From Amoeboaphelidium protococcarum X5 (Eukaryota > Fungi > Aphelidiomycota): a stretch of 64,000 nt of DNA. The stretch is taken from assembly GCA_023515725.1 (NCBI GenBank), contig JALDTO010000200.1, positions 1-64,000 on the forward strand. The letters run 5' to 3'. This document shows positions 12,795 through 27,095 of this stretch, in pieces (the first letter of the stretch is position 1; the number at the start of each line of letters is the position of its first letter). Position numbers and translations under genes: made by a program. The notes beneath the pieces were generated by a model. It was given only the letters and a program-made list of their open reading frames with translations, searched no databases and was not told the DNA's origin.

Positions 12795-15779
12795 ATGAAG
12801 TTCATCCTGCTATTGAACATAGCTATATTGTTTAGTTGCATTAATGCGTTAATTGCTGATGATTTCAGCGTGGCTGTGGACGATGCAACAGGTCGTATTT
12901 ACATTGCTCTCTGTGGCTCTGTGGAAAGTATAAATGTCGCGTTAAATAGCAATTTATATGATTACTCTGTAACTGGTCTTAACCTGTAATCTACGGATGT
13001 TACAAATCTGGCTTCTGGTGACATTGTATTGATTAAGCTATAAAAAGGTGCGGATGGCAACAGCTATAGCAAGGCTGGATAGAAAACAATTTCCGCGTCC
13101 AGTTTTGCTTACGATCTGCGAAGTCCTAAACTATAAATAGTCAATTCAAATGTATTTTTGATGTACATTGAACAGTAACTTTTGTAAAACGTCTTTATGT
13201 TGAAAAGGTATTCATCAAGTTCTTTTAGTGAGACATGGACGGGTAGCATGAATTCAGGATCGTTTACTAAGATGAACTTTGCGTTCGATAAGGCATCGCA
13301 ACTTTTGCTGTCTGTCATGTACAATGATGGATTCTAGATATTTTCTGCAGAACCATCATCTCTCTCTATCACTTTGCGCGCCAATAAACCAACAGGAGTT
13401 TTGCCTTACCTGGACTGGCGTTTCTGTAGTTTCCCCAAACAGTAACTGTCCGGCGCGTAGTACGCTTCTGTCGTTGAGATGGTGCCTTTGATTTCAACTA
13501 ATACGCCAAATCCTTAGTAGTTTAGATTGACGAGTATTACTGTCTCAGCTGGGGGCGATTACTCATACTCCTAAAAATCTCTGAATCCTGACACGACTTA
13601 GCGCGATGTTGTTTAGTTCACTTTAAATGATGTTGCGTCGGGTTCCTCTATAATTGGTGGTTTGTACACTGATCTAAACTATGGTAATGCGACTCCAACT
13701 GTAGTGTATGCCAATTTCAGCCATGGCATATATCGTGTACAGAGATTATCTGAGCTATCTAACTCATTTTTTATGATGCCATCTGAAGACGAGAATGCAT
13801 ACACTGTTTTGGGCGCTTCTGTATAGCCTGGCCAAGGTGATAAGATTGCTGTATATAACGCGTCCACTTATGAAATAATTAGCTTTGGATCTTATTACTT
13901 TCCGCAAAGCCCGTTTATTGGCGCTGCTAGTGTCCGCTAAAATGTCTAAATATTCATGTCTTTACCTGATGCAACATAGAGATCGGTATCAGTCAATGTA
14001 CTTCGAGTGTTGCCTAAAGTAGTCGCTTCTACCAGCACGACGCCTGCAACGGATACTTTGACTGTCTTGTCCACTTTGCCTTTATCATCGTAATTGATCT
14101 TCAGTAGTTTGACTACCGAGTAGTTGTCGTCGTCTACCTCAACTAGCGTTATCACTGATCAATTGGCATCGTCAAGCAATGCATTAATTAAATAATCATC
14201 CAGCAATGTGTAAATTACATCATATTCAAGCTATGCACAAACTACATCATCGTCATTTAGCGATCCAGTGGTGTCTAATTTGATGCTTAGTTCAGTTGCA
14301 AGCTCTCTGGTTTCCTAATCTTTGTCATCTGCTAGTGCGGCGCCTGTAAGTATAAGCTCTGTCAATTCCAATTACACATCAATTGCAAAACCTTTGTCTG
14401 TATCATCGTCTGCTTCCTAGGTAACTCACATTACAGGTTCTACTAGTCAAGTGCCATTCTCCTTCGAGTAAGGTATGAGTATTTCTAATCATGGAGTAAA
14501 AACATAACTTACTACCGTAATGACCACGTCTACACTGGGAGCTTCTATCAATACTCCGTAATTTTCTTTGTAGTCTTTAATTCAAGAATATTACGTGTAT
14601 GCGATTTTGGTTGGAGTTGCGCTCCTGATTATTGTCATCTCGTGCCTTGTAATCGCTTACCGTCTAAGACGCAAGAGGTACAGGATGAGAAAGTAATTGG
14701 TTATGTAGGCTGCTGCAGCTCGATCGTATGAGAATCAATAGATGTCTACGCTGATGATTCCTTAAGCCACCACGGTAACAGCAACGTCGATGACTTCTGC
14801 TATAACTGCCGTGTCTGATTAGTAGGAAATGTCCCTGCCTGGATACTTGATGCTTACATTGAACACTGATTTCACAATATCAGAAAAGTTGGGTGAAGGT
14901 GGATTCGCGACTGTTTACAAGGGACAGCTGTTGAATCTTATGTGCATTTAACGAGCCCAGGAGGACGTGTGTGCCATCAAGGTGTTCAAGCCTCAGCCAT
15001 TGTCGTCTCCAGAGGCGCAGATTGAGGAGTAATAACAGTTTGTGCAAGAAATCTCAATGCTTAATTTCTTTAGCAATAATAGGCTATTCGTCAAACTCGT
15101 AGGCTTTAGCACTCAACCGAACACTATTGTGATGAAGTTTTATCCGTTCGGGAACATCGAAGACGTGCTGACTGGCAGATCTGCGTATGCGCAATGGTCG
15201 TAAGAATTGATGTTCTCTCTGCTGGTTGATGTTATTGAAGGGCTCTCAGAAATGCATAGACAAGGATTTGTGCATTCCGACATTAAGCCGGCTAACATAA
15301 TGCTAGGCCGTGATAACTAGAATGCTCCATTTCATGCAGTCATTTCAGATTTTGGTATAGCTCAGATCGTTTCTAATAGAGCTCTTCTGGTGTCTGCTTT
15401 TCAGATATCCAAGTTTCAAGGATTGTCTGTAAATTACGCTGCACCAGAGCTGGTGGCTCGTATCATTAACCCACAACTTGCATTGGAAGAATTGCCGCCG
15501 CAAGTCAAGCTCTCGCTTGATGTGTACTCTGTCTCGATCATGGGATTTGAGATGATGTGTAAGCAGCCCGCTTGGAATGGCCGTGAACAGAATGCGGTAA
15601 TAGACATGATCATGAATGGTTCGAGGCCGTCTTGGCCACAGCAAATTAAAGATGATAAGTCTCCGTGCATGGTTGCTCTAAAGTCAACTATTGAGCTTGG
15701 CTGGGATGTGTCATCTTCGCGTAGGCCTCCTATATAAAATATGTTCTAACAACTATCATAGTTCAGAGTGACGTAATGA
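12795..15779 (+). CDS. Receptor-like TKL-type protein kinase 2, tandem paralog
   Basis: MKFILLLNIAILFSCINA signal; S/T stalk; TM YYVYAILVGVALLIIVISCLVIAY; LGEGGFATVY, HSDIKPAN, DFG, YAAPE. Alternative ATG at 12774. Confidence 0.9.
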
Positions 15780-16431
15780 ATGCAATTGATTTAAATAAAT
15801 GTCATGTCCCCACCATGAAACGGCGAAGACCTTTCACTTCGAAGTATAGTAGATTGTATAGAGTGCCTCTTGAACATTTCCTGATACGGTCGCGTAAGAT
15901 CTTAAGGTGACTCTTGATTAGGTGCAGAGTTGAGAGGTGACGTAATCGGGTGGCGCAGCAATTGCTGGCGTTATCAAGGCTTCAGAGTGCGTCATAGATC
16001 TTCTCTGGGGGCCGATTATTGCAAGTGAGACGTGCATTATCAGGTAGTGGTTTAGGGAATAGTGAATCAGTAGTAATAAAGTATAATCTAGTACAGAAAC
16101 AGTACCAGCAGTATCATTCCTGATACTCTAGGACAGACTATAAACACAATAGGAACAGACGGGAAGCTATATACAAAGACTAAGAGTCAAACAGAGACAC
16201 CAACAGAAGTACAGGAAGATAAAATATGTTAATAAGATAAATACTCTATTAACACGTTAAGTGGAAGAAATCAATGTTCATAAGTGGCGCGCAAATATAC
16301 TGCAGATACTTGCCTATTCGAGACGTCAATGATGAGAGAGGCGCGCACTTGAAACAATGTTGATCATCTAAGCCCCACAGAGTCAGTTGTTGATACTTGA
16401 TCGACGCGTGTGCTGAGTTTCCGCTGTGTCA

Positions 16432-16504
16432 TGCGTTATCGTCTAGTGGTTTAGGACCCGCGACTTTAACTCGCTTAACCTCGGTTCGAATCCGAGTAAC
16501 GCCT
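16432..16504 (+). tRNA. tRNA-Gln with anticodon UUA (decodes UAA)
   Basis: TGCGTTA-TC-GTCT AGTGGTTTA GGAC-C-CGCGA CT TTA AC TCGCT-TAAC-CTCGG TTCGAAT CCGAG-TAACGCC-T; anticodon at 16466-16468; T5 Pol III terminator follows. Confidence 0.93.
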
Positions 16505-16778
16505 ATTTTTGCTGCATCTATTTTATCTGTTGGTGCTACTATACTGCCTCAATAGATACTTTTTAAATGCCATTGAGTGAAAGTTTTATGGATGATACCG
16601 CGTATTGCTGTTTTAGTGGACGAAAGTTCTAGCGTGCTTGTGGATACTTAAACTGCAATGATGAATCACTTGCATAACGATTGTTAGTGTCACAATTCAA
16701 CCATTATGACAAGTATCACTTCTTTTCATTATCCAGAGCCCGCCGCTTAAATTTAACGCATAGTCTATTTTAATCAAA

Positions 16779-17318
16779 ATGGCCAAAGTCATTGGAAATG
16801 AGGCTGTTTAAAAGCTATTGAAAGGCAAAGTCATCCCTGATGTGATTAATCAAAAGTCGGATCTGTCTCCTCTTGGCGTCTTTTATAAACACACTAAAGT
16901 TGATTTTGGTATTGAACTCTCCATTCATGACACGCAATAAGATCCGTCTATTGATTTGCACGCACTAGGAGCGTCCACTGAACGGTACACGCTGATTATG
17001 GTTGATCCGGATGCTCCAGCACATGAGCATCCTACTTTTGCCCAATTCCGACATTGGTTAGTGATCAACATCACGGCTGGTCAAGTTGAAACAGGTCAAG
17101 AGATTACACCTTATATGGGCCCGGCTCCTCCAGCTAAAACTGGTTTACATCGCTACGTGTTTGTTTTGTATCAGTAGGATGATGAACTGATGGCAGACGA
17201 GGTGGAGGCCACCATTCGTGATCGTCCCAAATTTAATGCTGAACACTTTGCCAGCACTCATTCTCTAAACATGGTTGCTGCAAACTACTTTGTTGCTCAA
17301 AACTAGTCTGAAGAATGA
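16779..17318 (+). CDS. Phosphatidylethanolamine-binding protein (PEBP/RKIP/Tfs1 family)
   Basis: YTLIMVDPDAP, FRHWLVINI, YMGPAPPAKTGLHRYVFVLYQQ, AANYFVAQ. Confidence 0.93.
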
Positions 17319-17455
17319 TATGCCATCCTATATCTTTATTCATATGATTAACTATATGTAACAAATATTGTCGCTGAACTGTAAAATAAAGTACTTGTAA
17401 TAAAGTAGCAATTTCTACTCAAATCTGATATATATTCAACTTTGAAAGCACATAC

Positions 17456-19609
<2,154 letters not shown>

Positions 19610-20315
19610 ATCAAAAGAATGATTATATAGTAAAGTTGAATAAAGATTTAAAAGATTTAATTAATCAGAGAACGGGAAAAGAGCAGCAAAATGACGCTTT
19701 ACTAACTTTCAGTCAGTGATATCAGCGCAACAAACGAGGGAACCGACGCGTTCACTTGGCCAAATGTTCTTCATCACTACTTAAATGATGTCATTGGATG
19801 TATAGTTGATGCTGGAAAAATAAGTTAATGAATGATAAAAAATTTAATTCTTATGTCAGTAGAAAACTTTATATTGAAATATTTGATTTATGGTTGGTAT
19901 TACAAACCATACAATGAGACCGGCGATATCCTGCATTGTTTAATGAAGCAGCTTGCGGAACTCAAATCTTATCAGATCAAAGATTAAGTGTAATGTGTCG
20001 ATGATAAACCAAGGAAAACTAAATACAATTATCAAATTGATAAGCTTTTATGAGGCGCTTACACTGACTGACACGATGAATTCATTTGAAACTGGTCCAT
20101 CTGAAAAGGGAAATCTTATTGGTCAGGAGTTTGTCAATGAATCACGCAGATTTCCGAATCTGGATCGATGACTACACGGCCAAGTAAAAGTGAATAAGGG
20201 GCGCAGTGTTGAATAAAACCTCCTCATATTCTCTCTTGGACTATCTTTCTCTCTTTTGTCTTATCGTAAGCTTTTTATTAGTAAATATATAAATTTTGTA
20301 AAACGAATAATAAAT

Positions 20316-20741
20316 ATGAAGGTTATCTCCGCGTCTGTTATCCTATCTATCCTCGCCGTGTCCGCTAGTGCTGCCATCGTCCCTGATACTATTGAGCAGG
20401 TGAAGAACAGTACATCTTCTGCTGCCGATACTGTCGTCAATGGTGTGTAGACTGCTGCCGGTACCGTGGCTAATGGTACTACAGGTGCTTTTAACACTGT
20501 CGTCAGTGGATCTGAGGAAACTGTCAACAAGGTTGCCAATGGTACCACTAATCTGTTTAACGGAGCCAAGGATGGAGTTATTGGTACTTTCAATAACGCT
20601 GTGAACAAGTCTGGTGATGTCATTGACCAATTCAAAAACTAGACTGGCATCACATCTGACGCGTCTCCTTCAGTGTCCGCTGTCAACATGGCTTCTGTTG
20701 CTGTATCCTCTGCTGTTGCTTTCTTTGCTTACTTGCTGTGA
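20316..20741 (+). CDS. Small secreted, probably GPI-anchored protein with 11-residue amphipathic repeats
   Basis: Signal MKVISASVILSILAVSASA; repeats TVVNGVQTAAG/TVANGTTGAFN/TVVSGSEETVN/KVANGTTNLFN; hydrophobic C-end MASVAVSSAVAFFAYLL. Confidence 0.8.
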
Positions 20742-20937
20742 TCAAATACTCTCCAGTATATACTATAATGAAATGATTTTGAAAGTAGAAAAGCAGAACA
20801 ATAAAATTTTAATCATTTTGAAATATTAATTAGTTATTTTAACAGCTGCTTGATTAATCAACGGGTCCAGTGTCGCCACCGCACCTGGACAGCTCTTCTT
20901 AGAGTCTAAAAAGGTCATCTATTGGCACTCATATCAC

Positions 20938-21760
20938 CATCAAGTCTGCAGGCTTTAAAAGCGAGCACTGTGCCACATCAGCCAGAGAAGTAGTTAATCA
21001 ACAACTTGAGCTTTTTAGACACTGCCAACTACTTCTCTTGTCTGGCGAAAAGGATAATACATTTCATCAATCGGATTAGGATGAAGTATTTTAAACAGAA
21101 CATTCAAGTTTCTGATGATGAGATAAATCGCCGCGCCTCTTTCAGATCTCTTTGCAGATCCTCCATCTTGAGCACAAATGTGATAGATCTCACGCAATAC
21201 AGACTGCACTGATTTAATCTGTAGTACTTTTACAATGCGGCGTTAATCAAGATGTACCTATCATCTCTATAACGTACCTAAAGCCGTATTAAGAGAGGAT
21301 TTCTATTCTTAATGGTATCTTTAATCCCCGTTCCACAATTATAAACTGCGCCTTGATGACTGTGCATTTACCAAGACTATACTATTGTCTAATCTAACTA
21401 TTCTGGCAGTTCAGCCCATGTTTTTGCCTTTTCAAGTGAAGACCGACATCATTATCATTACCGCAAGTGCTTGTCCCCATTTTTGAGATCCTCCCAAACA
21501 CCACAGGTGTGTCTGGTTGTGCATCCTTCAACAATGTTACTTAATTAAGCCATTAAGCATCTAAACTTCCCAAAGCTTCAGGTTCAATGAGATACAGGAA
21601 CTCAGACGCAGTCACCAACCAGGCGACAACACGCAAGTGCAAAGTGCATGGTGGCACGCTTTAATTTACCATGGGTTGGACTTTCTGCACTGAGTCACAC
21701 TTCGTCGTATGAAACACTAAATGCTTTTAGTCGATACATTCAATATCTTTTACAAGCAAA
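20938..21760 (-). pseudogene. Degenerate coding remnant, possibly PCI-domain (Csn12/PCID2-like)
   Basis: Fragment VLREIYHICAQD..KRSERGAAIYLIIRNLNVLFKI resembles the Csn12/PCID2 N-terminal helices; every frame is broken by TGA. Boundaries approximate. Confidence 0.3.
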
Positions 21761-22072
21761 GTGTCATCCCAAGTATGGCCACATCATCACGATGTAGGGA
21801 CTCTATCACAGAGCGAGGACATCATCACAACAGGAGCATTGTCGCCAATGCGGAAATTCTCGATAAGAAGAAAGAAGAGTGGAAGGGAAATGAATTGAAC
21901 GAAGAGACTGTGGGAATGTGTGGAGGTGAACAAACAAACAAAGTAATAACAAACAAACCAACTCGGCAGCGACAACGACGCGTTGTGTGAACGTCTTACT
22001 GTGAGGTGAAATGGTATCGCATAGAAAACAAAAATCTTTATGATATGAATTTCATTTCTAATCCTAATTCCC

Positions 22073-23041
22073 TCATGCTTCCATATCATAATCATATTCA
22101 AAGTAGTCTGGGTCAAAGTGATTGATTCTCACATAACCATCTTCTCCACCACTGGCGAAGCTTTTCCCGTCAGGATTGAAGGCGAGCGTATTGACTGGAC
22201 CGAAATGACCCTTGACGCGTCCAATTTCTTCAGCAAATACTCTGTGGAAGAAACAAATCTCGAATCTACCAGCCTTGGCACTAGTGGTAGTCACATCTCT
22301 AGCCTCTTGACCACCGCCAAGTATCACTTGTTCATAGATTGGTGATAGACACGCACTGTTCAGAGGTCGATCGCTAGTGTAAGTCTTGACTATCTTGAAG
22401 TTGATCAGATCCACAATCTTACTAGTCTCATCCTTGGAACTGGTGATCAGATAAGTCTTATCTTTGTACAGCTGCATATCGGTAATCGGAGCACTGTGCA
22501 CTTTCAGCGACTTCACTTTCTCTCCACTCACAGGGTCATAGACAGATAGACTTCCATCTTGATGTGCCAGAATTATAGTTTTACGGAGAGGACCCCATCT
22601 GGCACTCTAGGCACGCGGACCTTCAATGACAATAGATTTTAGCGCTTCCTCCTGGCCAAACTCATAGATATTAAGAGTAGATGGATTCTGTAGCATTGAA
22701 TCAGTAAGAATCAAGAACATGGTGTCAGAGTATCCATCGAATTGCGCACACCTGACAGGACTGTTAAACTACCACTTTTATAAAACTTCTCCAGTCTCTA
22801 CGCGCCACATAATTGCAGTCTGATCAGCACTAGAAGTGAGTAATCTAGAAGAATCCTAGCTAATCGATAGCGACAACACGGCACCATTATGACCATCAAA
22901 AGTACCCAATTACTCCCCATTGTGAGCGTAATATACATTCGGCGACTTGTCCTTGGCAGCAGTAAATAAAAGATCGCCATCCTTGTTATACGCAATCTAA
23001 GTCAAAGGACGTGTATGTCCATGCAAAATAATTGGTCTCAT
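22073..23041 (-). CDS. TIF34: Translation initiation factor eIF3 subunit I
   Basis: MRPIILHGHTRPLTQ start; GGGQEARDVTTT; EEIGRVKGHFGPVNTLAFNPDGKSFASGGEDGYVR. Confidence 0.96.
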
Positions 23042-23260
23042 TTCTCTAAATATTTCGCTTCAGATGTTCTCCTTAGAATGCGATATTTAATTAACTAAGC
23101 TAATTAGAACAGCTACCTAGAATAAAGCAATGGAAAAGATGAGAAGAAATTGAGAAATTTAGAAAACTGAAAGCGACCGATGCGGAGCGCTTTCAACAGA
23201 GAAAATACTTCAAATCTGTGAAATCATCGCCTTAATTCGTTCGATTAAATATTTATAATC

Positions 23261-24262
23261 ATGGATGCAATTGTGGCCTTGTCTGATGACATTAATCAGC
23301 TGATTGATCTTATTCCAGCCAAGTTTTACATACAGGAGAATGAGCCTCAAGTGCCTAATAGCAAGTACATCTTCAACAAGAAGACTATCAAAGATAACAA
23401 TCAGACATTTGCGCAGATGAAAAAGTTGTAAAAATCTGCCAAATTGGATCCTGCCATAGATCACTCTACCACTGCCAAGAAAGTCGCGTAATCTGTTGAT
23501 GATAGTGGTAATAGTCATGCTGATGATAACAGTTTGTAGACAGAGAATGGCGTCAAATCCGTGTCTTCTTCGTCCTAAAATCCTTCAATGGAGTAGCTGC
23601 GAGCGCGTTTGAATTCAAGAATTGAAGAGTTGAGATCTTAGCGCAAAGCTGATGGTGATAGTAAGAGAAAAAGGCGCCAGAAGGAGAAGGATAAGAAGGA
23701 GCAATCCAGTAAGAAGCAAAAGTCTTCTGGTAACATGTAGAAAGGCGCACATGCAGCAGCTGTGGATACTACTGCTGCAACAGCGGGCAACTCTGCTAAG
23801 TAGACATCTCCGTCTGTAACAGTGTCCTCTTCGTCGGAAGTCGCGTTTAATAAAATTGAAATTGGTGATGGCACAGTGGTAAAGAGTGTTGACCGTATCG
23901 CAAAGGTGGGTAAGAAACAGAAAATCAATCCAAAGTAGGCGTTAGAGAAGGTGCAAGCGCAGGAGACCAAGATCAAAAAGCTTGAGGCAGTTGACGCGTA
24001 GAAGGCTTCTGAAGTCAAAGAGCAGTAGAAATGGAGCACCGTGTTAAAGAAGGCTGATGGATTAAAGGTACAAACTGACGCGAATCTTCTGAAGAAGTCC
24101 GCTAAGAAGCTCGAAAAGCAGAAGCAGAAAAGCAAAAAGGATTGGGATAAGCGGCTTAAGACTGTGAAGAAGGGTATTGATATGAAGGCAAAGAAGCGTC
24201 AAGAGAATTTGGACAACCGGAAGGCTTAGAAAAAGACCAAGTCGAAGAAAGGCCGTAAATGA
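23261..24262 (+). CDS. RRP14: Rrp14/SURF6 ribosome biogenesis protein
   Basis: N-terminal LIDLIPAKFY; C-terminal ADGLKVQTDANLLKKSAKKLEKQKQKSKKDWDKR..KKRQENL. Confidence 0.88.
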
Positions 24263-24614
24263 TATGGGTAAGCCTTCTATAAATTCATACTCTAAGTATT
24301 AAGAGACTTTTACACACTACTTTTTTACTACTTTATTTATTGTATAACGTTATAGAGTTTCTGAACCTTCCGTAGTTACAAGTGCTACGATTGGGCGTAC
24401 AAAGTGCAGCTTTGTGATCGATCTGTGGCCAAGCAAAATCAAACTACCCAATCAAAGGGCCTAAAACTATTGCCAATGACTGTTGTGCGATCTTTTGTAT
24501 TACTTCTAATAAAGCAATCAACTTCATGACAATGATGGATTGCCTTTACTTTGCTTATCGTTTATTAATTAATCTGCTGTTAAAATAGTAATAGGTTATA
24601 ATCAAATTGACAAT

Positions 24615-25094
24615 ATGAAATTGTAGTATACTTTGATTTTGATCACAATGTTGATCTAATACGCGCTAGCTGTTCCAACATTTCATCACATGAAGAAATT
24701 ACTGAAAGGTAAAGGTAAAGGCTGTGGCGACCATGACTCAATGGACTCTTCCGGCTCAGGAATGGGTGCATCAGGTATGGGTGGTAGTGGTGGCTCGATG
24801 GGTATGTCTGGCTCTTCTGGTGGTGGTGGAATGGGGTCAGGGGGGATGATGGACGCGAGTGCAGGAGCTAGTGCAGATGCAGGTGCTGGCGCGGGTGCAG
24901 GTGCTGCAGGTGGTGGTAAGGGCGGGGTTGATGGCGGTGCTCTATCTCAAGGAATATAGGGAATTGTTGGTTCGGCTTTATCCGGAGATTGGAGCGGTCT
25001 CGCATCTAATATTGGCTCTGTAGCTGACACTGGTACGAATACCGGACTTGGCTCGTCCATAGGTAATATGGTAGGAGGCTTTTTACGCCGTTGA
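24615..25094 (+). CDS. Secreted Gly-rich glycine-zipper peptide, paralog 1 (159 aa)
   Basis: Signal peptide, G/S/M-rich linker, conserved C-terminal GIQGIVGSALSGDWSGLASNIGSVADTGTNTGLGSSIGNMVGGFL. Confidence 0.8.
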
Positions 25095-25675
25095 ATAGTC
25101 CCTGGTATAAGCTGTCGAATTTTGATTGTTGTTTTGAATGTAATATCAACTCTGTAATACTGATCAGATCTTCATGTTGTCTTTCCAAATGGCTCCTCAA
25201 AAATGGCTTATACAACATTCTCAATCACTCACGAACCCTTAGTTGCTTTGACATTTGTCGTCTGAGATTTCCCTTCAGTATTACTGCAGATGAGTACTTA
25301 CAAATCTCACAGTTAATGCATACTTTATTGCGAAGTCGAACGCGGCACCGAATTTATGCATTCCAAACGCGAGATCTTGCGCAAAACAAGAGTCGCAATA
25401 TCTATTTGAAATAACCATGATCATTAGATTTATTGATCACTCATCATTATTGACGTCATATTCGACGTTGAACCATCTTGTGATCAATATATGAGAGTGA
25501 GGCTCTGTCTATACTGAAGTTATTGTAACCAGATCTGTCCAATCAATGGATTTGGTGCGACATGAGCTGCAATTTCACAGTGCTATTATCACAGAATCTT
25601 TCTAATTGTATCATTACTTTCTTCTAAATAAAAATAAAATATCCCAATTGATTAAATTATATTACATTCTAAATA

Positions 25676-26017
25676 ATGAGAGTCTTAAGCGTCGTTTTAA
25701 TATCGCTATTAATCGTATAATCTTTGGCGTTGCCATTCCTCGGGGGTCTACTCGGAGGCAAAGGTGGTGGTTCATTTAAAGGAGGTGGTCTTGGGGGCCT
25801 GTTAGGTGGTGGTGGTGGCGGCGGAGGTGGAGGTCTAGGTGCCGTTGACGGTGGCGCTCTCAGCTCTGGGATATAAAATATCGTCAGCTCTGCCATGTCT
25901 GGTAATTGGGGCGGTTTAGCCCAAGCAATAGGCTCGGTCGCTGACACTGGTACAAACTCAGGGATTGGATCTTCTGTCGGAGGTATAGTATCATCTTTCT
26001 TGGGTGGCGGTGCTTGA
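25676..26017 (+). CDS. Secreted Gly-rich glycine-zipper peptide, paralog 2 (113 aa)
   Basis: MRVLSVVLISLLIVQSLA-LPFLGGLLGG..GIQNIVSSAMSGNWGGLAQAIGSVADTGTNSGIGSSVGGIVSSFLGGGA; absent from the ORF track because of TAA codons. Confidence 0.82.
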
Positions 26018-26731
26018 ATATCCTTTAGCTGAATCCATATTATATCCCCCCGTTTGAGCATGTCCTGTTCGTCTGCCAGTGAATACACGCGATTGAAAGT
26101 GGGTTTGTATTACAGTAGCCAATAAAGTAGTGTTTCCTCTCTTGATGTTACGCCTTTTACGTTGCAACACTGTGTTTCAATGTTTTTTATCAATCATTTT
26201 AGCATCAAGCTTGTCAGTTAGATCTTCACTGTAAGTCCCTCGGTACTTTAGCCAAGTGCGCTGAATCTCTAAAAAAATTAACAGATTATCAAAGCAACAC
26301 TTACCGCGGTTTAGCTGATCATATCTTACACTAACCCGATACAATTTTACCTTGTGCTTGTTGAGTGTATTCAGATCATTGCAGTGGCGAAGTCTTAAGC
26401 ATTGGTACAATTATCGTTGTAACAGTGCGTAAAAACTGCACATGTCGTCTAGTTGATTTCAAACACCCAATTATCCACTCTTTGAATAGATACAAAACCA
26501 TTGCGTAACACGAGCAAACGTGACATGCCCTTTTGTGATGTCAAGGTTAGTTTTGTAACCGTCAGTGATCCGATCCCTCCTATCATTATGGCCGGTGTGA
26601 CTACACTGGACCATCACGCTGTCAATATTACTGAATCTTATTAGAATGACCAGTACCTTCATCATTATGTAAATACTTCTTTTCTATTACAATTTAAAAG
26701 AATATCGGTTCTTTGTTACTATACATGAATA

Positions 26732-26980
26732 ATGAGAGTCTTTAGCATTGTTTTAATATCAGTTTTAATCGTATAATCCCTGGCGTTACCATTCTTCGGT
26801 GGTTTAGGGGGTCTTTTAGGTGGTATCGGCTCTGGTGTAAAAAATATTGTAAGCTCTGCCAAGTCTCATAACGGGGCAGGATTGGCCCAGTCTATAGGCT
26901 CGATAGCTGATACTGGTACAGGTACAGGACTTGGCTCTTCAATTGGAAGCATCGTGGCATCTTTTTTAGGTGGTGGCTGA
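26732..26980 (+). CDS. Secreted Gly-rich glycine-zipper peptide, paralog 3 (82 aa)
   Basis: MRVFSIVLISVLIVQSLA-LPFFGGLGGLLGGIGSGVQNIVSSAKSHNGAGLAQSIGSIADTGTGTGLGSSIGSIVASFLGGG. Confidence 0.82.
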
Positions 26981-27095
26981 CTGTCTATGAATTCTTTAAT
27001 ATATTTATACATATCCTATGTAAAACTTTCTTATATTTTCTTTTCGAAACATCCCACAATATTACAATGTGCATTCAATTATACTTCCCATAAAA

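Noticed and set aside
15800-16254. Possible solo LTR (TGTCA...TAACA, internal AATAAA) about 180 bp upstream of tRNA(UUA)
   Set aside because: No target-site duplication, no second copy and no gag/pol remnant in the window; needs a genome-wide BLAST.
16432-16504. Assigning the UUA/CUA tRNAs to Glu because of U1 and the GTCTAGTGG D-arm
   Set aside because: The T-stem, A37-C38 and U73 match the local tRNA-Gln(CUG), and TAR codons fall at conserved Gln positions.
25669-26088. Pro-rich minus-strand ORF (and similar antisense ORFs at 20261, 23638, 50732, 52660, 62867)
   Set aside because: These are antisense shadows of genuine plus-strand genes.
26151-26161. U5 snRNA loop-1-like CGCCTTTTAC
   Set aside because: Flanking stem is weak and no convincing Sm site follows.
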